A stretch of DNA of 64,000 nt. It comes from Candidatus Obscuribacteraceae bacterium (lineage in GTDB: Bacteria > Cyanobacteriota > Vampirovibrionia > Obscuribacterales > Obscuribacteraceae). A model generated the notes under the pieces. The model did not search any database and had not been told where the DNA came from. It saw only the letters and a program-made list of their open reading frames with translations. The position numbers and the translations under genes were made by a program. The number at the start of each line of letters is the position of its first letter. Position 1 is the stretch's first letter. The DNA lies in NCBI GenBank assembly GCA_044226015.1, contig JBGAHS010000008.1:32001-96000 (forward strand). Reading direction: 5' to 3'. Below are positions 1 to 9,729 of the stretch, one piece after another.

Positions 1-2
1 TT

Positions 3-470
3 GGTGAGTATGGTCAATCAATGCCATTAGCTGCAACAAACAGCCTCTGGCGTGTAGTATCAAATTTGATGGCGCCGCAAAATGCAACTGTGTTTGGAAT
101 AGGAAGCATGGTTGACGAATTACCAGACCTCGGCATAAATGCCACCATCGGCAGTGAAGCAAAATCGAAAGCTTATTCTCACCTGATCAGAATTATTGAG
201 TCACTGGGCAAATCAGGCAAGGTTGATGCCTTTTCAAGCGTGCTACAAAGCTCAGCTGAGTTGCCTAAACCTGCGATGCTTTTGAGAGCAAACGACAACA
301 AAGCTCTCCGCATAAATGAGGAAGTTCAATCATTGCTGGAAGGAAAGCAAGTTTTCTCACACCGTAATATCCTGAGAAACTCGCTGACAAAGTTCATTCA
401 GATCGCTTTACCCGCAAAAAACAGCCAACCAGAACCAATGTTGTACGAAGCTACGGCAACGGCCGGTTAG
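3..470 (+). CDS. 3' part of a hypothetical protein (frame open to the window edge)
   Basis: Frame has no stop from position 3 (GGT GAG TAT GGT CAA TCA ATG...) to the TAG at 468-470 and is followed by hairpins; no recognisable motif. Confidence 0.6.
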   Translation, partial: GEYGQSMPLAATNSLWRVVSNLMAPQNATVFGIGSMVDELPDLGINATIGSEAKSKAYSHLIRIIESLGKSGKVDAFSSVLQSSAELPKPAMLLRANDNKALRINEEVQSLLEGKQVFSHRNILRNSLTKFIQIALPAKNSQPEPMLYEATATAG

Positions 471-517
471 AATCGCTGCGCATCAAAATCTTCCAGGCGA
501 GCATAGAGCTCGCAAAG

Positions 518-552
518 AATGGATTTACTCATGCTGTGGGTAAATCCATTTT
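518..552 (+). terminator. probable intrinsic terminator hairpin
   Basis: AATGGATTTAC...GTAAATCCATT 11-bp stem with a short T run, about 50 nt after the stop at 470. Confidence 0.5.
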
Positions 553-756
553 AGCTATAGGTACCTCTCGACTATTTTCATAGCCAAGCACAAATCTGCT
601 AGTCAAGTCACAGAATCGGACTAGCAGTCAGAATCAATCTCATATGCTATAGTCTGTCGCCAAACGCATACAAGAAATTGACTTTGTATTGTCAGTAACG
701 AAAATGCGAGAAGCAAACTTACATTGGCTTGGCATTCCAAAGAAAAAAGGATCCAA

Positions 757-2247
757 ATGACTAACGAGGCATGTGCAAGAGCGAAGGAAGTATTGGAAAG
801 AAACCGTCAAAGCCTTTTTTCCTTACCAAACGTAATTGGCTCTGGGGTTGGAAAGAAACAAATTGCAGGAATTTTTCAAAACACAATTGGAATTGTAGTT
901 TTTGTAAGCAAGAAAGTAACTGAACTAGCAGAGAACGAGCGCATTCACGCATTTTTAGAAGAAATTCCAACAGATGTTCGAGTTGCGAACTTCATGCCGT
1001 TCAACGAAATGAACAAAACTCAGATGCAGGACAGAATACCGATGGATTCGCCGACGCCAGCTGGTGCAAGTGACTCCATTGGAGTAGGTCCGCCACCACT
1101 GGTACAAGTTAATCCTCCACTCAGCTCATATGGAAGCATCGGCTTGATTCTTGAAATAGCTGGGGTTGAGGGTGCAACACCACAAGCTACCAGTGCCTGT
1201 GCCCTAACTGCATTTCACGTGTTGTGTGTCGGACCGGCCAATAACGTAGCTGGTGCTGGCCAACATGAACAGGGCACCTATGATGCATACCAGCCAGCCA
1301 GCATAGAGGGCGGTGAATCGGAAGGCCGTGTATATGAATGGTTCAATCCATATTTGTCCCCCAGCGGCATTTATGACTTAAAAATGGATGTAGCAACAGC
1401 AATTCTGCCTGGTTTAGCTAAATCAGAGTACCGAACGAACTACATAACTGGTGTAGGGATTATGACAAATGCAGTTCCACTAGAACTCAACCAAACGGTG
1501 CGATTAAAAGGATACTATGGCAGTGGAAGCGGTGACGTTACGGCAGTTTGTTGCACACTTTTGCTTCCCTTGACTCCTAGTTTAGGATATACAATTGTCC
1601 ACAACCTTTTTGAAATTAGCGCTGAAAATTCTAGCGTAGGACCTGGAGATAGCGGGGGAGCAATTTATACTCCCATGGGAGAGTTCATCGGAATCATCAA
1701 TGGCGGAAGTCCAGACAACAAAAGTATCCTAGGAACAGATTATGGCTCGATAGCAAATGCCATACCATCCGCTTCGACAACATTCAAGAAACTCGCGCAG
1801 CGTTATACCATTCTGATGAAGGCACAAAGTCCTGACGGAGCACCATTAGTTCTCTCGCCAGATCCGACAGATTCCATAGGCGGCATTCTTACAGTCCAGA
1901 AATGGAGCCAGAACGAAGCCCTTCAACAGTGGTTTCTTTCATTTTGTCCAGCTCAAAATGCATTTGTAATCATCAATGCACTCACAGGACAAATGATCCA
2001 AACTGCATCAAACGAGAAAATGAGTGCTGTAACAATGGCCGATTATAAAGGAGACAAGAACATTAGCAACTTGCAGTCCTGGACAATAAATCCCTGGCTC
2101 GGTGGATACTTCGGAGTGCGACCAGCAGCCAGCTCCGATCTCAACCTCAACGCCGAAGGAGACTCGTGGAATTCAGGAACACCAATAATCCTTTACCCCT
2201 GGGAGGGATCACTTCAAAACATGATGTGGATCTTCAACCCGCTCTAA
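757..2247 (+). CDS. Nal1-like trypsin-fold serine protease with C-terminal ricin-B (beta-trefoil) lectin domain
   Basis: N-terminal LPNVIGSGVGKK...IVVFVSKK...IPTDV segment typical of Nal1-like proteases; triad motifs LTAFHV, DVA and GDSGG; C-terminal QxW-like repeats (LQQW, LQSW, NMMW). Start moved to ATG 757 after AAAAGG. Confidence 0.8.
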   Translation: MTNEACARAKEVLERNRQSLFSLPNVIGSGVGKKQIAGIFQNTIGIVVFVSKKVTELAENERIHAFLEEIPTDVRVANFMPFNEMNKTQMQDRIPMDSPTPAGASDSIGVGPPPLVQVNPPLSSYGSIGLILEIAGVEGATPQATSACALTAFHVLCVGPANNVAGAGQHEQGTYDAYQPASIEGGESEGRVYEWFNPYLSPSGIYDLKMDVATAILPGLAKSEYRTNYITGVGIMTNAVPLELNQTVRLKGYYGSGSGDVTAVCCTLLLPLTPSLGYTIVHNLFEISAENSSVGPGDSGGAIYTPMGEFIGIINGGSPDNKSILGTDYGSIANAIPSASTTFKKLAQRYTILMKAQSPDGAPLVLSPDPTDSIGGILTVQKWSQNEALQQWFLSFCPAQNAFVIINALTGQMIQTASNEKMSAVTMADYKGDKNISNLQSWTINPWLGGYFGVRPAASSDLNLNAEGDSWNSGTPIILYPWEGSLQNMMWIFNPL

Positions 2248-2286
2248 AAACTTGGTGGTACAAGACTTTAAGCTAAAGGTAAAAAA

Positions 2287-2748
2287 ATGCAGTTCTACAA
2301 AATAACGATGAACAACCCAGGTTTAGTATTGTCACCAAATCCTGCGGCGCCAAACAATAGTATTCTACAACTGGTCAACGACAGCGGCGACTTTCTGCAA
2401 CATTGGTCACTGCCTTATTGCCCATGGACTACGACGCCCGATTGGGGTTTTGCCATAATGAATAGAGTTACTGGACAAATCATACAGGCACAGTCCGAAG
2501 ACTCTGGTGCCAGCATAGTGATGGCAGACTACAACACAAGCAGTTTATCAAACTTGAACACATGGACGATTGCAAATGCGTCAGACTACCCAGGCTATGT
2601 TGCAATTCGCCCTTCCGGAGACAGCGACCTCAATCTCAACGCACAAGGTGACAGCTGGCCGGTTGGAACGGCAATCATTTTGTATGAATGGGACGGGACC
2701 AAAAATAATATGACATGGAAGTTTAGCTTAGTTCCATCCTACTTCTAA
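2287..2748 (+). CDS. stand-alone ricin-B-like lectin domain protein
   Basis: LQHW, LNTW and NMTW repeats; clear paralog of the upstream protease C-terminus; AAAGG upstream of the start. Confidence 0.75.
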   Translation: MQFYKITMNNPGLVLSPNPAAPNNSILQLVNDSGDFLQHWSLPYCPWTTTPDWGFAIMNRVTGQIIQAQSEDSGASIVMADYNTSSLSNLNTWTIANASDYPGYVAIRPSGDSDLNLNAQGDSWPVGTAIILYEWDGTKNNMTWKFSLVPSYF

Positions 2749-2778
2749 TAGAAAATTAGGGGATTACTTACACCGATA

Positions 2779-3129
2779 ATGGCAAAGCACAGAATCTACA
2801 CAACAAGCTTCGCGAGCGTTTACCCACTTTACCTTGCAAAAATAGAGAAGAAGTCACGCACCAAATCTGAACTTGATGAAGTGATACGGTGGCTGACCGG
2901 TTACAGTCAGAATGAGCTTGAACAACAAATAGATGCCAAAACCGACTTTGAGACATTTTTCGCTGATGCACCAGGGCTTAACCCTGCTCGCACACTCATC
3001 AGAGGCAGCATTTGCGGAGTAAAAATAGAAGAGATAGAAGAGTCTACTATGAGAGAGATTCGATACCTGGATAAACTTGTAGACGACTTAGCAAAAGGAA
3101 AGCCGATGCAAAAGGTTCTGCGCAAATAA
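2779..3129 (+). CDS. DUF2200 family protein
   Basis: [33 protein letters not shown]...[18 protein letters not shown] matches the family signature. Confidence 0.9.
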   Translation: MAKHRIYTTSFASVYPLYLAKIEKKSRTKSELDEVIRWLTGYSQNELEQQIDAKTDFETFFADAPGLNPARTLIRGSICGVKIEEIEESTMREIRYLDKLVDDLAKGKPMQKVLRK

Positions 3130-3167
3130 GTTCAAGCCTTGTGCTATTGCGTCTTTAAGTGCCGGCA

Positions 3168-5303
3168 TTAAACGCTTGACTCATCGCTTGCAACAAGCGG
3201 CTCAGCAGCAGGAGTTTGTTTCATGCGGCAGACTTGCAGAATCAGCACGAGTGCATAAATTGCCAGTGCGAAGTAAGACAATTTGCTGATGCCGAAGCAC
3301 ATACCGAAATATTCAATTGTGATACCAAGCAAACCACCGACCATATTGAAGGCAAGAGCCTGAGAACTCGACTGCGTTTGCTTGAATAGTGTAGAGAAGA
3401 CTCCGCCAGCAAAAAACAAGGGACTAACAAATGCAAGAGTACCTACGATTGCTCCCACATTTTCGGGCATCTTAAGCAACTCACCAACTTGAGCCAGATT
3501 TGATGCAACTATCGCAAACAAGCTTAGAAAAAGGAAAACGAACACACCCTTTTCAGACGCCTTTGAAGCAAGATAATTTGCAACAAGAATGGCAACCATG
3601 ACGCCCGAAATCACAAAACTATTCACCGTCCAGGTTGAGCCAAACAACAATGACATTGAGGACATTGCCCTGACTTCAAGAAGCATGAATCCCATGCCAA
3701 GGCAGAACATTTGCCAGTTCAACAGATTTTTTCCACCAGTACGCATCAAATTTCTAACGGGCCAGATGCTACAGAGCAGAACAGAAAAGAGAGGAAGAAA
3801 ATATGATGAGGGAATACCGCGCGATGGCAAGAAAAGAAACGGCCAGTCATCAGTAATCTCTGGGATCTCAGGCTTGAGTTCAAGCGCTCGAGGAGGCATA
3901 GGACAGTTCAATTTAGTGTCTGCGTTTATTTGCGGACCGGCCACTATAAATCCTGTAGGCAAAGATGTCACCCAAAAGTATCCGCGAGGCTGCTGACCGG
4001 TGCCCAAAGCTAAATCTTTGCACTGCCTCGACCAGAGCCAATCTGGAATGCAAATAAAACTCACAGCGAGCGCTCCATCAGGTTTAAGTAATTTATACGC
4101 CTGCCGGAATGATTCAACCGTAAAAATATAGTTGTCGGTGCGCAGCGATGAAAGTGAGGAGAATGCCGTGTGACTGTCCAAAACCGCGTATATAATCACG
4201 TCATACTTTTTGTCGGTATTCCGAGAGAGAAAGGTTCGGGCATCCATAACGTAAGTTTGCACTTTGTCAGAATCATATGGCCGCAAGGGATGTAACTGCT
4301 TGCCCAACTGATAAATAGATGGATCAATTTCAACAGCATCGACATGTGCGCACCCACAACGCAAGGCAGCTGCTACGTCGCTTCCAGTGCCTGCACCAAG
4401 AATAAGAGCATTAATATTCTGCTTTGGCAGCAACTCGAACGGCCGAGTAAAGAAGCCTAGCATCATTTTGCGTACAGGTTCGCTTACTTTCTCCAGAGTT
4501 TCCGAACGCGTATCGAGCATACTCTGGAAACTATCATAGTTGATGTAAATGTCGTACCCAATTGGAACGCTTTTCTCAGAAGCAGGAAGGCATGAGCGCA
4601 CAAGGTCAATGCGATAGTAAGGCGACCAAACAGTCTTTATATGGTCTGGCCCAAACAACTGCTTAGCACAATATGGTGCCAGAAAAGTCATGTAAACGAT
4701 GCCCAACGCCATTAAGGCAAATGGCACCACCGAGCGCTGCAACAACAGGAAAAGCACACCACAAACCAGCATCCATAAACCGGGTCCTAACGAGAAATTA
4801 CTCAAAGCAGCAAAGAGTAATATGCCGCACAGAGCACCACCGACATTGTATGAATAAGCTTCCAACGGACGTAGTTTTCCGAAAAGAATACCGGTTCTTT
4901 GACCCAACCCGACAAAGATTGCAGCCGTCAATATAAACACCAATATCAAAATCAGAATGCTAAATGCAAAGTTTGATTCTCGGAGAAAACTGCCAAACAT
5001 CACAACTTTTGAGCTATCAACAAAGTTGAGGTGTGTCAGCCCTAAACCAATCGACACAATCATCAACCCACAAAAATAAAGCATTAAAATAGACGACCAG
5101 CGCAATAGGTCTGCCTTTTTATCGACGGATAGAAAGCCGACTCCCAAGCCCAAGAACGCAGCCATCAAAGGCAAATTCTTGAAGTATGAAAACGCCCTGA
5201 TTTCGGTAGAGAGCCACCGAATCACCATCATCTCGCAAAAGAGAGAAACCAGGCTGACAAGAAACAGTTGGATTATTGCGCTCTTTCGATCATCGCTTGT
5301 CAT
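3168..5303 (-). CDS. membrane-embedded spermidine-synthase-like SAM-dependent methyltransferase
   Basis: Multiple TM helices flank ILGAGTGSD, VDAVEID, DARTFL and TDDWPFLFL. Confidence 0.85.
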   Translation of the reverse strand: MTSDDRKSAIIQLFLVSLVSLFCEMMVIRWLSTEIRAFSYFKNLPLMAAFLGLGVGFLSVDKKADLLRWSSILMLYFCGLMIVSIGLGLTHLNFVDSSKVVMFGSFLRESNFAFSILILILVFILTAAIFVGLGQRTGILFGKLRPLEAYSYNVGGALCGILLFAALSNFSLGPGLWMLVCGVLFLLLQRSVVPFALMALGIVYMTFLAPYCAKQLFGPDHIKTVWSPYYRIDLVRSCLPASEKSVPIGYDIYINYDSFQSMLDTRSETLEKVSEPVRKMMLGFFTRPFELLPKQNINALILGAGTGSDVAAALRCGCAHVDAVEIDPSIYQLGKQLHPLRPYDSDKVQTYVMDARTFLSRNTDKKYDVIIYAVLDSHTAFSSLSSLRTDNYIFTVESFRQAYKLLKPDGALAVSFICIPDWLWSRQCKDLALGTGQQPRGYFWVTSLPTGFIVAGPQINADTKLNCPMPPRALELKPEIPEITDDWPFLFLPSRGIPSSYFLPLFSVLLCSIWPVRNLMRTGGKNLLNWQMFCLGMGFMLLEVRAMSSMSLLFGSTWTVNSFVISGVMVAILVANYLASKASEKGVFVFLFLSLFAIVASNLAQVGELLKMPENVGAIVGTLAFVSPLFFAGGVFSTLFKQTQSSSQALAFNMVGGLLGITIEYFGMCFGISKLSYFALAIYALVLILQVCRMKQTPAAEPLVASDESSV

Positions 5304-5401
5304 ACGAACCCTTTCGATTCCGCTCTCTATCGCAATCAGCTTACAACATTGGTGTGGTTAGAAGAATACGGCATCTATATAAAGGTAATAGATTGTCCCG
5401 C

Positions 5402-5460
5402 TTGACAGATGCAAGGGATCCGAATAATATATGTAAGCACTTACGTAAGTGCTTACATAT
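5402..5460 (+). promoter_or_regulatory. sigma70 promoter overlapped by a 32-bp palindromic MarR-type operator
   Basis: TTGACA (5402-5407), 17-nt spacer, TAATAT (5425-5430); perfect palindrome ATATGTAAGCACTTAC|GTAAGTGCTTACATAT at 5429-5460. Confidence 0.8.
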
Positions 5461-5491
5461 TCAAGCCGTCATCCCCCGGGAGAAGACAATC

Positions 5492-6448
5492 ATGGACTAT
5501 TTAACGGAACTGGGCAGCCTCGCACTTGGCAGCAGACTTAAACGCATTTCCGAACGAATTAGCCATGAAGTCTCCACGATTTACGAAAAAGAAGGAATCT
5601 CTTTCGAGCCGCGCTGGTTTCCCGTTTTTCATTTGCTCGGAAATGGCGGAAAAGCATCCATCGTCGAAATTGCAAAAGAAATCGGAGTGACCCACCCAGC
5701 AGTTAACCAGATCGCAAAGGAAATGTTGCAAGAGGGGCTTCTAAACGAGGTGGTCGACAAATCAGACAAAAGAAAACGACTGCTGAGCCTATCCACAAAA
5801 GGAAAAAACATGCACGCGAATCTGCGTCAAACCTGGCAGTTAATCCGCATTGCAGTAAATGAAGCAATGGAAGAAAGCGAGCAAAATCTACTTGCTGCAA
5901 TCAAGTCGACGGAAGAAACCCTGGACAAAACCAACTTAGCCGCACGCTTTGAAAATACAAAGACATTATTCAAGGCGAGAAAGATCGAGCTAATCGAATT
6001 TGAGTCAAGATACAGAGAACAGTTCCGAACACTCAATGAGGCATGGATTCAAAAGTATTTTGCCCTGGAAGCAGCAGACAAACAAACGCTTGGCCATCCC
6101 GAGGAAATAATCGCGGGCGGTGGCATGATATTTTTTGCAAAACTTGGAGAAAAAGTTATTGGAACTTGCGCTTTGATAAAAACAAACGCTAATACTTATG
6201 AGTTGGCAAAAATGGCAGTATCAGAAGATTTCCGTGGACTTGGCGCAGGTCAAAAGCTTCTTGAAGGCAGCATTGAATGGTCAAGAAAACAAGGTGCAAG
6301 CTCGATCACACTGGAAACGAACAAGAAACTTGAGAGTGCGGTAGTCCTGTACAAAAAATTTGGTTTCAAGCCGATAGATTCGTCCACCGCTGCGAAATCA
6401 AAGTACGTAAGAGTAGACCTTATGATGACACTAGATTTGGTGTGCTAA
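5492..6448 (+). CDS. MarR-family regulator fused to GNAT acetyltransferase
   Basis: wHTH (SIVEIAKEIGVTHPAVNQ...DKRKR) plus GNAT (ELAKMAV...RGLGAG...LYKKFGF). True start taken as ATG 5492 after GGGAGA. Confidence 0.9.
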   Translation: MDYLTELGSLALGSRLKRISERISHEVSTIYEKEGISFEPRWFPVFHLLGNGGKASIVEIAKEIGVTHPAVNQIAKEMLQEGLLNEVVDKSDKRKRLLSLSTKGKNMHANLRQTWQLIRIAVNEAMEESEQNLLAAIKSTEETLDKTNLAARFENTKTLFKARKIELIEFESRYREQFRTLNEAWIQKYFALEAADKQTLGHPEEIIAGGGMIFFAKLGEKVIGTCALIKTNANTYELAKMAVSEDFRGLGAGQKLLEGSIEWSRKQGASSITLETNKKLESAVVLYKKFGFKPIDSSTAAKSKYVRVDLMMTLDLVC

Positions 6449-6509
6449 TAGTTAGCACTATGTAACAAAACAAGCTCAAATCGGCCCGACCGGCGGAAAA
6501 GGAGAATTC

Positions 6510-7397
6510 ATGGAAGCTTACCTTGTAGACGCATTTACAACTCGCAGATTTGAAGGCAATCGCGCAGGCGTGGTTTTCGATGCGGAGAACTTGACGCGCG
6601 AACAAAAACAACTCATCGCTGCAGAAATTGGCGCATCAGAAACAGCTTTCGTTCAGCGAAGCGACCAAGCCGATTACAAAATGGAATTCTTCACTCCAAC
6701 AACAGAAATAAACTTCTGCGGACACGCCAGCGTGGCGGCATTTTACATGCTGGCAGAGTCTGGAAAAGTAAAATTGAACGGACAAGAAATCGAATTAACA
6801 CAACAATCCAAAGCGGGCATCCTGCCATTCAGACTCAACAAAACAGATGGAAGAACTTTTGTCACGATGACCCAAAGAAGACCCGAGTTTGGTGCGCTCG
6901 CTTTGAAAAATGAGGACCTGGCAAAAGCACTAAACCTGAATTCAGAAGACCTTGATGGAAGATTCCAGCCAGCTCTTTCAAACACAGGAAACTGGCACCT
7001 GATGATACCCATCAAAAGCCAAGATGTGTTGAATCGAATTGAATACGACAACGCGATGCTTTCAAAAATTCTGGTAGAATACAATGCTGTCACAGCACAT
7101 GTGTTTTGCTCTGGTTCCGACAAGAATACTTTCCATGCCCGAAACTTCTGCCCAACTATTGGCATACCAGAAGATCCTGCCACAGGCGCAGCAGCAGGAG
7201 CATTCATCTCATACCTTGCAAGAGAGGGTTATTTTGTCGATGGACACCACGAAATAACTATTCTGCAGGGAGAAGCAATGAACCGCCCCAGCCAGATTAC
7301 AGCAAAGGTAAAAACTCAAGAGCGCGATGTTATTGAAGTGCAAGTTTCCGGCACAGCCCAACTATCATTTTGCCTGAACGATAATTTCAGGAATTGA
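6510..7397 (+). CDS. PhzF-family epimerase/isomerase
   Basis: VDAFT..FEGN, SETAF, EINFCGHA, EDPATG and QGEAMNRPS; SD AAGGAG. Confidence 0.9.
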   Translation: MEAYLVDAFTTRRFEGNRAGVVFDAENLTREQKQLIAAEIGASETAFVQRSDQADYKMEFFTPTTEINFCGHASVAAFYMLAESGKVKLNGQEIELTQQSKAGILPFRLNKTDGRTFVTMTQRRPEFGALALKNEDLAKALNLNSEDLDGRFQPALSNTGNWHLMIPIKSQDVLNRIEYDNAMLSKILVEYNAVTAHVFCSGSDKNTFHARNFCPTIGIPEDPATGAAAGAFISYLAREGYFVDGHHEITILQGEAMNRPSQITAKVKTQERDVIEVQVSGTAQLSFCLNDNFRN

Positions 7398-7476
7398 GTC
7401 TTCAAGACAACACCAATTTCAACTTGTTGCGCTTTCTGGAACGGACGAATCTCATTCGATCTATAATACTAGCGCT

Positions 7477-9729
7477 ATGCTCATAAATGCTTCAAAACAG
7501 CCGCTCATATCAATCTGTCTTCCAGTTTACAATGGAGAGCAATACCTTGCTGCTGCCATAGAATCAGCATTGAATCAAACACTTCAAGACTTTGAGCTAA
7601 TAATCTCTGACGACTGCTCAACAGACCAGTCAGCAGATCTGATTGAAGAATACGCAGCGAAAGACAAAAGAATCAAGTATTTGCAAAGCAACCAGCGCGC
7701 GGGACTTTTCGCAAATTACAACAAGTGTATGGCTGCAGCTAAAGGAACCTTTATTAAGCCTCATGCTCAAGATGATGTCTTTGAGCCAGAACTTCTAGCA
7801 AGGCTTCATCGCGTTATGGAGTCGCACCCAGATGTGGCGCTAGTAAGTAGTGCCCGACATTTCATAGATAGACATGGATGCAAAATTCATCCTGGTACAT
7901 TCGTTAGAACAGTTGAGGACTTCCTGGGAGAGCAAGATGCTTACAAAGCTGTTGAGGTCTCAAAATGCAGCCTGATTCCGCTTCTTAACTTTATTGGAGA
8001 ACCATGCACAGTCATGTTTCGCTCAGAACATAAGGGTGACGGTTTCGATACTCAGTTTCGACATTTAGGCGACATTGAGTATTGGTTGCGCTTGATGGAA
8101 TATGGAGATTACGCATACGTTAATGAGCCCCTGGTTTCATTCCGCCAACATCGCACAAGCGCAACGGCAACAAACAAAGCCAACTTATGGATAGCCGCTG
8201 ACATTGTGAAAATGTCACGTGCGTGTGAGCACGTGTTGCGCAAGGTTGGAGGGTCACGCACAAGTTTTGTGCGCGACAACTTATTAGCCTTTTCATTGCA
8301 GGTAAACCTGTTGCTAGGTATAGGTGAATTGTCAGAGGAGAGCCTGTTTGGCGATCCTCTCATGAAAGATGAGGATGCGGTCGCGATAAAAGAGGCACTA
8401 TATCACCTTCTTTTCGTCGCAGCGGACCTACATAGGCAACTCTACTCAAGTGCAGAACAAACACAATCAGCTTCCATCGAAATGCAAAAGGTAATAAGAA
8501 ATAGCGAGAACTTACTTCGCAGTTTGTTGCGAAGCCCTTCTTGGGTAATCACTCGTGGCTTACGCGAGATCAATCGAATCGCAGGAGCATCATACAAAGC
8601 TGTTCCACGGAACCTCTCTAAAGACGGCAGTGTAGATGAATTGCAAAATGATTACTTGCGCTACCTAAAGTCCGAGAGAAAAAAGATTCTCCAGAGCCGT
8701 TCATGGAGGTTGACACGCGCATTTCGTCAATTCTTAAAGGGAATGCAAAAGTCCGTTAACGAAGTTTTGCCGGAGAAAGAGGTCAATTGGCAGGCGGCTG
8801 AACATGAGAGTCTGAGCAACGACAGTACTACAGCCCTAACTCCGAGTTCTTCAGCAATGCAGAGTGAATCAAATTCCAGAGCAAGACGCAAAGATGGTTA
8901 TGCTCACGAATTGACTGTTGGGGCAATGTTTCGAGACGAGGCGCCCTATCTCGCTGAATGGATTGAGTTCCACCATATGCTAGGAGTGGAAAAGTTTTTT
9001 CTATTCAACAATGAGAGCCAAGATGACTTTGAAGAAGTACTGGCACCGTACATACGAAAAAACTTGGTCGTACTCTGTCATTGGCCAATGGAATCAAGAA
9101 CACAAGCTGAACTCAATAACACGCAATGTGGTGCTTACCGCAGAATCGTAGATATGAATGCAGGACTAACAAAGTGGCTCGCACTGATCGATATCGACGA
9201 GTTCGTTTTTCCGGTTGTACAGGATTCATTACTTGATGTACTCCACGATTACGAAGACTTCGGTGGCTTATCAGTAAATTGGCAAATGTTTGGAACTGGG
9301 GGCTGCTCTGCCATTCCCAAAGATAAGTTGCTTATAGAATCACTTAACCAGTGCAGCAGAAAAAATCACAGACAAAACCATATGGTCAAGACTATTTCCC
9401 GCCCAGATTTGATAATGCATTTCGACAATGTTCACTTTGCGACATACGTTCCAGGTAAGTTACAAGTCAATGCCGACAAAATTCCGATGAAGGGTTCTTT
9501 TAGTGGATATGTTTCAACAGACAAAATCCGCGTGAATCATTATTGGAGTCGAGACGAAATTACTTTTGCATCCTTGAAGAAACCGAGATTGAAACACTAC
9601 AACTTTGACATTACCGAAGCTGAGCTAAACCAGTGGCTCAGTGAATTTAACGAAACCAAAGATACTGCAATTCATCGCTTCGTGCCAGAATTAAGGCAAC
9701 GAGTGTTCAATTGTCCTTCGACCAGATAG
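7477..9729 (+). CDS. GT2 glycosyltransferase fused to a GT92/DUF23-like domain
   Basis: ISICLPVYNGE...DDCSTD (GT2) and MFRDEAPYLAEWIEFH..GVEKF...IDIDEF (GT92). Confidence 0.85.
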   Translation: MLINASKQPLISICLPVYNGEQYLAAAIESALNQTLQDFELIISDDCSTDQSADLIEEYAAKDKRIKYLQSNQRAGLFANYNKCMAAAKGTFIKPHAQDDVFEPELLARLHRVMESHPDVALVSSARHFIDRHGCKIHPGTFVRTVEDFLGEQDAYKAVEVSKCSLIPLLNFIGEPCTVMFRSEHKGDGFDTQFRHLGDIEYWLRLMEYGDYAYVNEPLVSFRQHRTSATATNKANLWIAADIVKMSRACEHVLRKVGGSRTSFVRDNLLAFSLQVNLLLGIGELSEESLFGDPLMKDEDAVAIKEALYHLLFVAADLHRQLYSSAEQTQSASIEMQKVIRNSENLLRSLLRSPSWVITRGLREINRIAGASYKAVPRNLSKDGSVDELQNDYLRYLKSERKKILQSRSWRLTRAFRQFLKGMQKSVNEVLPEKEVNWQAAEHESLSNDSTTALTPSSSAMQSESNSRARRKDGYAHELTVGAMFRDEAPYLAEWIEFHHMLGVEKFFLFNNESQDDFEEVLAPYIRKNLVVLCHWPMESRTQAELNNTQCGAYRRIVDMNAGLTKWLALIDIDEFVFPVVQDSLLDVLHDYEDFGGLSVNWQMFGTGGCSAIPKDKLLIESLNQCSRKNHRQNHMVKTISRPDLIMHFDNVHFATYVPGKLQVNADKIPMKGSFSGYVSTDKIRVNHYWSRDEITFASLKKPRLKHYNFDITEAELNQWLSEFNETKDTAIHRFVPELRQRVFNCPSTR

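Noticed and set aside
5276..5491. N-terminal extension of MarR-GNAT in the ORF track
   Set aside because: It overlaps the divergent gene and contains the promoter/operator; ATG 5492 has an SD. Similar over-extended starts were trimmed for 724, 16045, 23569, 23792, 43553, 47391, 57026 and 62621.
3168..7397. phenazine or other secondary-metabolite cluster
   Set aside because: Only a stand-alone PhzF-like gene is present; no other phz genes.
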